Positions 54,473 through 61,052 of a stretch of DNA of 61,052 nt are shown piece after piece. The stretch lies in assembly GCA_009908885.1 (NCBI GenBank), contig JAAAOL010000315.1:1-61052 (forward strand), read 5' to 3'. This DNA is from Bacteroidota bacterium (lineage in GTDB: Bacteria; Bacteroidota; Rhodothermia; Rhodothermales; JAAAOL01). Below the pieces are notes generated by a model. The model saw only the letters and a program-made list of their open reading frames with translations. It was not told the DNA's origin and searched no databases. Positions within the stretch are counted from its first letter, which is position 1. The number at the start of each line of letters is the position of its first letter. Made by a program: the position numbers and the translations under genes.

Positions 54473-56158
54473 CTAGGCGGAGTGCAGCGCCGTTTCCGGC
54501 TGCTCCTGCGCGTCGGTCTCCGGCGCGGCGTCCGGGCCCAGAAACGGGTAGCGATAGTCTGTCGCGGGCACGAACGTCTCCTTGATCGAGCGAGCGGAAA
54601 CCCAGCGTAGCAGGTTCATCTTCGAGCCCGCCTTGTCGTTCGTCCCGGACCCGCGCGCGCCGCCGAACGGCTGCTGCCCGACGACGGCGCCGGTCGGCTT
54701 GTCGTTGATGTAGAAGTTGCCCGCAGCGTCCACCAGGGCGTCACTCGCCCGGTCGACGGCCGCCCGATCCCGGGCGAAGACCGCGCCGGTGAGGGCATAC
54801 GGCGAGGTGTCGTCGATGAGATCCAGCACCTCGTCGAAGTCGGCGTCCGGGTAGACGTAGATCGTCACGACCGGGCCGAAGATTTCCTCCCGCATCGTCG
54901 TGTATTTCGGGTCGTCGACCAGCAGCACCGTCGGCTCGATGAAGTAGCCGGTGTCGTCCGCGTAGGACCCGCCGTAGAGAATCTCCACGCCGTCGTCCTC
55001 CCGCGCCTGGTCGATATACGACGTGATGTCGTCGAAGGCGCTCTGATCGATGACGGCGTTGATGAAGTTGGTGAAGTCTTCGGGCGAGCCCATGGTGAGG
55101 TCGTCCAGCATCTGCCCGAGCTTCTCGTTGATCTCGGGCCAGAGGGACGCAGGCAGGTAAATGCGGGAGGCGGCGGAGCATTTCTGCCCTTGATATTCGA
55201 ACCCGCCCCGCACGATGGCGGTCGTCACGGCATCCACCTCCGCCGACGGATGCGCCACGATGAAGTCCTTCCCGCCCGTCTCGCCCACGATCCGCGGATA
55301 AGAACGGTACTGGCTGATGTTGTTGCCGATGGTCTTCCACATGTACTGAAACGTCCCGGTCGAGCCGGTGAAGTGGAGCCCGGCCAGGTGCGGCGACGCG
55401 AAGGCCGGGTCGCCCACGTCGGCGCCGCGTCCCGGCACCATGTTGATGACGCCCGGCGGCAGGCCGGCCGCTTCGAGCAGCTTGTAGAAGAAGTACGCCG
55501 AATAGACGGAGGACGTCGCGGGCTTCCAGAGCACCACGTTGCCCATCAGCGCGGGCGCGGTCGGGAGGTTGCCCTGGATCGAGGAGAAGTTAAACGGCGT
55601 GATGGCGAAGACAAACCCTTCCAGCGGGCGGTACTGCATCTGATTCCACTGGCCGCGCGGGGAGTAGGGCTGGTCCCGGTAGATCTGCTCCATGAAGTAC
55701 GCATTGAACCGGAAAAAGTCGATCATCTCGCAGGCCGCGTCGATCTCCGCCTGATACGCATTTTTGCTCTGCCCCAGCATCGTGGCGGCGTTCAGCGTAT
55801 CGCGCCACGGTCCGGCCAGCAGGTCAGCCGCCCGCAGAAAGATGGCGGCGCGATCCGTCCAGTGCATGTTGGCCCACGCCGCGCGGGCATCCAGGGCGGC
55901 GTCGATGGCCTCTTGCACCTCGTCGCTGCCGCAGAGATGCAACGTACCCAGCGTGTGGTCGAGGTCGTGGGGGGGGCGGACCGGCTTGGTCGTGCCGGTG
56001 TGGACGGCCTCCCCTCCGATAAATGCCGGAATTTCGAGGTGCTGATCGCGAAGTTCGGCCAGGCGCCGTTGCAGACTGCGGCGCTCGCTCGTGCCGGGGG
56101 CGTACGAACGGACGGGCTCGTTGGTGGGACGCGGAAGCTCAGTGATGGTGTTGTTCAT
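54473..56158 (-). CDS. pruA: L-glutamate gamma-semialdehyde (1-pyrroline-5-carboxylate) dehydrogenase
   Basis: Aldehyde dehydrogenase fold with VGETGGKDF and catalytic Cys in FEYQGQKCSAASR. The length and N-terminus (MNNTITELPRPTNEPV) are typical of PruA. Start at the ATG at 56158. Confidence 0.9.
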   Translation of the reverse strand: MNNTITELPRPTNEPVRSYAPGTSERRSLQRRLAELRDQHLEIPAFIGGEAVHTGTTKPVRPPHDLDHTLGTLHLCGSDEVQEAIDAALDARAAWANMHWTDRAAIFLRAADLLAGPWRDTLNAATMLGQSKNAYQAEIDAACEMIDFFRFNAYFMEQIYRDQPYSPRGQWNQMQYRPLEGFVFAITPFNFSSIQGNLPTAPALMGNVVLWKPATSSVYSAYFFYKLLEAAGLPPGVINMVPGRGADVGDPAFASPHLAGLHFTGSTGTFQYMWKTIGNNISQYRSYPRIVGETGGKDFIVAHPSAEVDAVTTAIVRGGFEYQGQKCSAASRIYLPASLWPEINEKLGQMLDDLTMGSPEDFTNFINAVIDQSAFDDITSYIDQAREDDGVEILYGGSYADDTGYFIEPTVLLVDDPKYTTMREEIFGPVVTIYVYPDADFDEVLDLIDDTSPYALTGAVFARDRAAVDRASDALVDAAGNFYINDKPTGAVVGQQPFGGARGSGTNDKAGSKMNLLRWVSARSIKETFVPATDYRYPFLGPDAAPETDAQEQPETALHSA

Positions 56159-56393
56159 CGGTCGCGAAGGGGGTGAATCGGAAGAGCAGGGTGGATGTCG
56201 TCGGGAGACATCTACCCTACTAGTTCGAACCATATCGAGTTCTCCATCAGCGCGAGGGGCCGAATTCGCCCCGGATGGCTCGATGCGATAGGAATCAGGT
56301 TGCTCCCGTTAAAGGAATTACATACACTTACCGATACCAATACCGTATGTCTGGCCGGGCCACTCCTTTCAATTAGAGCGTACCTCGAATAGC

Positions 56394-58526
56394 ATGGAAA
56401 CGCGCCACGAACAGCAAGACTCGACCAACCCACAGCGAAAAGGGCTATCCGACATTATTCGTGAGGGCAAGAGTGAATCGCTAAACCGCGCGAAGGATGC
56501 CCTCAAGCGACGGCTCATGCAGACCCTCATGCAGCAGGTGCTGGATGAGATGGAGCAGGACGCCGACGAGGTTGCTCAGCAGGCGATGGAGCAGCTCCAG
56601 GACGAGGACGACGTGCTCGCCGATCTCAAGGAGCAACTCAAGACCCAGCTCCTCGCCCAGATCATGGAGGAAGCCATCGCCGAAATCGATGAGGAGGTGG
56701 CTGGCGGCGAAGACGGGGCAGAAGGAGATCCTGCGGATGACGCCAGCGATGACGCTTCCGGCATGGCGTTGTTCGGCGAGTCGACCCACGACGAGGAGAC
56801 GTTCGCCGAGCCCGGTGAAGCCGATGCCGAGCCGACCGGAGGCGCCCTCGACGCTGAGGAGCCGTCCGAGGAGTCCGGCGAGGACGAAGAGTTCGCCGAT
56901 GAGTTCGAGTCTGCTGAGGACGAGGAGCGCCCGGAAGCATCGGCCGACACGGCCTGGACCTGGAATGAGCCTGCGACGCCCGCGGAGGAAGCGGGGGAAG
57001 AGGACGCTGATGACGACCCGGAGTTGGAAGAGAGCCCGGTGGAGCCGTTCGGCGATCAGCTGGACGATGCGCCTCCGGCCGAGGACGACACGCTGCCCGA
57101 GGTCGAGCCGAGCGCTCCCGTCGAAGTCGACCTGGAAGCTGCGGAACCCGACGACGATCCGGTCGCAGATCCCGAGACGCTGGACGACGATGATACGATT
57201 CTCTCGCCCGAGATTGAAGAGGACGACGCGACGCCGCGCATGGATCTCGACGCGCCCCAGGACGCCACGACGGAGGATGCCGATGCGGCCTACCTCGACG
57301 ATGCCTTCAACGAGTGGGCCGACCCCGGGGAGGAGTCCGTGGACGACGACTTCTTGAAGCACGACTTTTCCGGCTCGGAGGCATCGGCGCAACCCACGGG
57401 GGGCGACACCGCGCCGTTCAAAGACATCGACGAGTTCGACTCGGCCCTGGCCTTCGACGATGAGGTGCCGCCCGTAGAGGACAGCGACGCCGAGGGCGAT
57501 GACGTTCCCGACCCGACCTCAGCGTTCTCACTCAAGGAATACGAAGTGGCCGACTTCAGCCCGGACTGGGGGGAGGAGGGCAGCGCGGACGACCCGGAGA
57601 CGGGCGTCGAGACCCATCCCGCCGTGGATGAGCCGGTCGCCTGGGAAGAGACGTTCCATGAGCCTGCCGTCGCTGAAGAAGATGGGCTCGCGTATTACGT
57701 ATACGGCATCGTCGCCTCCGACCAGGATCTGCCGGACGAGGCGTTTCCGCAGGGGGGCATCGACGAAGACTATCCCATCTTCATCGTCCAGGAAGGCGGG
57801 TTGCGCGCGCTCGTGAGCCGCGTGCCGGCGGAGACCTACGAACCGCAGGCCCTGCAGGAGCGCATGGATCAGGATGCCTGGGCGCAGTCACACGTCCGCC
57901 GCCACGAGCACATCCTGGAGCAACTGATGCAGTACTCCGCCCTCGTGCCGATGCAGTTTGGGACGGTCTACCCGTCGGAGATCGCGCTCCGCGATATGCT
58001 GCGCGACCAGCAGGCCACGTTCAGCGAGACGCTGGGCCGCCTCGAAGGGACGCAGGAATGGTCCCTTACCATCCGGTGCGACGTCGAACTGCTCCGCCGT
58101 GAGGTCATGGAGGATAGCACGAAGGTGCAGGACCTTCTGCAAGACATGCGCAGCAAGCCGCGCGGCGTCGCCCAATTCATCAAGAAGAAGATGGTCGTGG
58201 CCATTCACGACGAGGTGCAGGAGCGGCAGGAAGACTGCGTCGATTCCAGCCACGAGGCCATCTCCAACTTCGCCGAAGACGTTCGCGTCAAGACTACTCT
58301 GGACGACGAGGACGACGCGGCGCCGGTCCACGCGGCGTCCTACCTGGTGCGCAAGCCCGACGAGGGCGACTTCATGGGCGAGGTGGAGCGCCTGCGCGGC
58401 ATCTACGGCCATCAGGGCTTCACCTATGAAGTCTCCGGACCCTGGCCGCCGTACTCGTTCGCGGAGTCGCCACTGACCCCGTCGGCGGCGCTCGAAACGG
58501 AAGACGCCGACTCCCTGGATGCCTGA
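56394..58526 (+). CDS. GvpL/GvpF-domain protein with a ~430-aa polyacidic N-terminal region
   Basis: The C-terminal ~270 aa follow the GvpL/GvpF family pattern. They read YYVYGIVASDQDLP...GLRALVSRVP...AWAQSHVRRHEHILEQLMQYSALVPMQFGTVYPSE...LEGTQEWSLTIRCD...YEVSGPWPPYSF. The N-terminal region is D/E/A/P low-complexity after a short helical segment. Confidence 0.7.
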   Translation: METRHEQQDSTNPQRKGLSDIIREGKSESLNRAKDALKRRLMQTLMQQVLDEMEQDADEVAQQAMEQLQDEDDVLADLKEQLKTQLLAQIMEEAIAEIDEEVAGGEDGAEGDPADDASDDASGMALFGESTHDEETFAEPGEADAEPTGGALDAEEPSEESGEDEEFADEFESAEDEERPEASADTAWTWNEPATPAEEAGEEDADDDPELEESPVEPFGDQLDDAPPAEDDTLPEVEPSAPVEVDLEAAEPDDDPVADPETLDDDDTILSPEIEEDDATPRMDLDAPQDATTEDADAAYLDDAFNEWADPGEESVDDDFLKHDFSGSEASAQPTGGDTAPFKDIDEFDSALAFDDEVPPVEDSDAEGDDVPDPTSAFSLKEYEVADFSPDWGEEGSADDPETGVETHPAVDEPVAWEETFHEPAVAEEDGLAYYVYGIVASDQDLPDEAFPQGGIDEDYPIFIVQEGGLRALVSRVPAETYEPQALQERMDQDAWAQSHVRRHEHILEQLMQYSALVPMQFGTVYPSEIALRDMLRDQQATFSETLGRLEGTQEWSLTIRCDVELLRREVMEDSTKVQDLLQDMRSKPRGVAQFIKKKMVVAIHDEVQERQEDCVDSSHEAISNFAEDVRVKTTLDDEDDAAPVHAASYLVRKPDEGDFMGEVERLRGIYGHQGFTYEVSGPWPPYSFAESPLTPSAALETEDADSLDA

Positions 58527-58692
58527 TGGCATTCCCCTACGCTGTATGGCCTCCTGAAGCCCTCGCCGTCGCGCATGGCGAGGGCTTTTCTGTGCAGATT
58601 CTCTGCTCGTGGAACTTCGTGTGGTGCCGGGGATCTTTCCGGAGGCCCTCACCGACGCTCTCCGCCGCTGATCGCCAACATAGTCTTCCCTC

Positions 58693-59934
58693 GTGGCACG
58701 CTTCGAACGATTTGTAGCCGCACGGTACTTTCGCCGCGCTGAGGGCCGCGAGGAGGGCCGTCGCTTCCTGCGGTTCATCACGTACGTGGCCGTCGGCGGG
58801 GTGGCTGTCGGCGTGGCGGCTCTGCTGCTGGCGCTCTCGATCGTCCGGGGATTCAGCCAGGAAATCGAAGCCAAGATCGTCGGCTTCGGAGCACACATCC
58901 AGGTCGAAAGCTTCCGGGACGCTCCGCTGGAGGACGCAAACCGGCTGGAGGACAGTCTCTCTCGGCTTGAAGGCGTCACCGAGGTCGCGCCGGTCATCAC
59001 CGAGTTCGTCCTGCTGCGTCGTTCCGAGCAGTCGATCGACGGGGCCGCGCTCTGGGGGACGGAGGCGCTCCCGCGCTACCTCGAAGATCAACTCGTCGAG
59101 GGCACCTCGTCCATCGATCGGACGGAGGAGGGGCGGCCGACACTCATCATCGGGGAAGAGCTCGCGCGGCTGCTCGGGGCGGAGGTCGGAGACACCATCA
59201 CCGCCTTCTCGATGCGTCCGAGCGAACACCGGGGGCGATTGCTGCAGCGTCCCCGGGTGGCGCAGTTCGTGGTCCGGGGCATCTATGAAACCGACCTGGC
59301 CAATTTCGACGAATTGTATGTGTTTACCGACGTGCCGACGGCACGCACCTTGCTCGGCTATGCAGACGACGAGGTGACGCGGTTCGATCTCACCCTGCAG
59401 GACGTGGAACGCGCGGACCAGACGGCCCGCTCGATCGAGGAAACGTATGGCTTTCCCGTGATGGCACGCACCATCTATCAGGTCTATCAGGGACTCTTCG
59501 CCTGGGTCAATCTGCAGGAAAGTATCATCCCACTGGTCATCAGCGTCATCATCATCGTGGCCGCGTTCAACATCGTCGCCACGCTCCTGATGATCATCCT
59601 CGAAAAGACCCGCGAGATCGGCATCCTGTCCGGCATGGGCGCCTCTCAGCGTTCGCTGCGACGCCTCTTTCTGTGGCTGGGCCTGTACGTAGGGAGCATC
59701 GGAACGGGACTCGGCGTGCTGACTGCACTCGGATTGGCGCTCCTACAGCAGCGGTACGCGCTGATCCCGCTTCCGAGTGAGGCCTACTACATGACGTCGG
59801 CGCCGATCGCGCTGAACCCGCTGGATTTCGTCGCCGTGGCCGCCGGAGCCGTCGTGCTGTGCGTCCTGGCCTCGTACATTCCCGCGCGCGTCGCCTCCCG
59901 CATCGAGCCTCTCCGTGTCATCCGCTTCCAGTGA
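58693..59934 (+). CDS. LolC/LolE-type lipoprotein-releasing ABC transporter permease (FtsX-like)
   Basis: ARFERFVAARYFR N-terminus, a MacB-like periplasmic domain, a C-terminal FtsX domain (EKTREIGILSGMGAS), and an ending of RVIRFQ. GTG start. Confidence 0.85.
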   Translation: MARFERFVAARYFRRAEGREEGRRFLRFITYVAVGGVAVGVAALLLALSIVRGFSQEIEAKIVGFGAHIQVESFRDAPLEDANRLEDSLSRLEGVTEVAPVITEFVLLRRSEQSIDGAALWGTEALPRYLEDQLVEGTSSIDRTEEGRPTLIIGEELARLLGAEVGDTITAFSMRPSEHRGRLLQRPRVAQFVVRGIYETDLANFDELYVFTDVPTARTLLGYADDEVTRFDLTLQDVERADQTARSIEETYGFPVMARTIYQVYQGLFAWVNLQESIIPLVISVIIIVAAFNIVATLLMIILEKTREIGILSGMGASQRSLRRLFLWLGLYVGSIGTGLGVLTALGLALLQQRYALIPLPSEAYYMTSAPIALNPLDFVAVAAGAVVLCVLASYIPARVASRIEPLRVIRFQ

Positions 59935-60028
59935 CCCGGTGCACTTGTCATCGAAATTACGTTTTTGAAAGAGCCCAATATGCAAATTTAAGACTACACC
60001 ACTGATCATTCCACACCAATGATGCGAT

Positions 60029-60511
60029 ATGGCCATCGAACGAGGACAACCAGCTCCCGAGTTTAAGCTCTATGACGACCAGCGAGAGGCGTTTCGCCTG
60101 TCGGACTACCACGGGGAGAAGCCGGTGCTGTTGCTGTTTTTTCCCGGTGCGTTTACGAGCGTCTGCACTACTGAACTCAACACGGTCAACAATGAACTGG
60201 AGGAGTTCGGCGGGGCCGACGCACAAATCGTCGGGATCTCGACGGACTCTCCGTTCGTGCTCAACGAATTCAAAAACGTGCACAAATTGCAGTTCCCGCT
60301 GCTGAGCGATCACGACGGTTCGGTCAGTGCCACCTACGGGGCCAAGTACGATAACGATTTCACGGACATGCGACTGGATCGGATCTCCAAGCGGGCCGCG
60401 TTCGTCATCGACGAGGAAGGCATCGTTCAGTACGCAGAGGTATTGGAGAATGCGGGCAAGATGCCCGACTTCAACGCGATCAAGCAGGTGTTGCAGGACG
60501 TCAGCGCATGA
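60029..60511 (+). CDS. peroxiredoxin (AhpC/TSA family)
   Basis: GQPAPEFKL...VLLLFFPGAFTSVCTTE (peroxidatic Cys motif). Confidence 0.88.
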   Translation: MAIERGQPAPEFKLYDDQREAFRLSDYHGEKPVLLLFFPGAFTSVCTTELNTVNNELEEFGGADAQIVGISTDSPFVLNEFKNVHKLQFPLLSDHDGSVSATYGAKYDNDFTDMRLDRISKRAAFVIDEEGIVQYAEVLENAGKMPDFNAIKQVLQDVSA

Positions 60512-60768
60512 GTACGTCGTCGATCACGATCGAGGTGTTGCTATTCAGTGTGCTGCGTGAGCGGGTGGGGGCTGGACACGTGGAAGTGACCGTGCCCGCT
60601 CCGACCACCGCGCGGGGCGTGCTGGAGGCTGTCGTGGAGGCCTACCCGTCCGTGGCTGACTACGAGCGGGTGGTCCGCATCGCCGTGAATCAGGAGTATG
60701 TGACCGATGAGGCGCCCGTGCAAGCAGGCGATGAGGTGGCGCTCATCACGCCGGTAAGCGGCGGATGA
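60508..60768 (+). CDS. moaD: MoaD/ThiS-family sulfur-carrier protein (molybdopterin synthase small subunit)
   Basis: 86 aa ending ...GDEVALITPVSGG (C-terminal Gly-Gly). ATGA overlap with the peroxiredoxin stop. Followed by moaE. Confidence 0.8.
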   Translation: MSTSSITIEVLLFSVLRERVGAGHVEVTVPAPTTARGVLEAVVEAYPSVADYERVVRIAVNQEYVTDEAPVQAGDEVALITPVSGG

Positions 60769-60834
60769 GCGGCGACCCGGTCCGCAGAGGCAGGACGTAG
60801 ACGTGTTATAATGCCGTTATTGCAAATAAAAACC

Positions 60835-61052
60835 ATGTCCAATGCAACCACATGGATCCAATTGCAGGAAACTCCACTGAGCGTCGATGACGCAGCCTCC
60901 TTCTTGTACACCCCCGCGGCCGGGGGAGTGGATCTGTTCATCGGCACTACGCGCCAGTGGACCGACAGCAAGGAGACCCTCAAGCTCGAATATGAGTGCT
61001 ACCCGGCCATGGCCCGGGCTGAAATCGAACGGCTGTTGGCAGAAGCCCAGGC
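60835..61052 (+). CDS. moaE: molybdopterin synthase catalytic subunit MoaE, N-terminal part (runs off the right edge)
   Basis: Own translation from the ATG at 60835: MSNATTWIQLQETPLSVDDAASFLYTPAAGGVDLFIGTTRQWTDSKETLKLEYECYPAMA, a MoaE-like N-terminus. Confidence 0.78.
   Translation, partial: MSNATTWIQLQETPLSVDDAASFLYTPAAGGVDLFIGTTRQWTDSKETLKLEYECYPAMARAEIERLLAEAQ

Overview
High-GC bacterial chromosomal window (GC judged by eye, not computed), densely packed with housekeeping and envelope genes. I call about 58 CDS and one tRNA-Pro(GGG), several hairpin plus T-run terminators, and a small family of intergenic repeats. I found no rRNA, CRISPR array, transposase, integrase or recognisable defence gene, so this looks like core genome rather than an island.

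Gene content: purN-purH-mreB-mreC, a Bacteroidota-type small MerR next to the tRNA, a carotenoid acyl-glycoside gene set, a FliA-type sigma factor and a bacilliredoxin. Several proteins carry recurrent hyper-acidic low-complexity tails. Together these suggest a halophilic Rhodothermia / Salinibacter-like organism; this is an inference only.

The many long ORFs antisense to, or out of frame with, the called genes are treated as high-GC shadow ORFs.

Most worth a second look:
1. A three-signature intergenic repeat family built from period-7 CGTG/CACG arrays. One copy (7174-7555) carries an extra ~300-nt segment with nested complementarity, a candidate ncRNA or MITE cargo. The short copy is at 52623-52744.
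2. An NYN (LabA-like) nuclease-fold gene wedged between hslV and hslU.
3. An orphan GvpL/GvpF-domain protein with a ~430-aa polyacidic N-terminus and no other gas-vesicle genes nearby.
4. A translationally coupled FemAB-like / large polytopic membrane protein / Wzx-flippase operon.
5. A cruF-crtB-acyltransferase-unknown-GT2 carotenoid module with an embedded uncharacterised secreted protein.

None of these is proven novel from sequence alone; interest scores are set accordingly.
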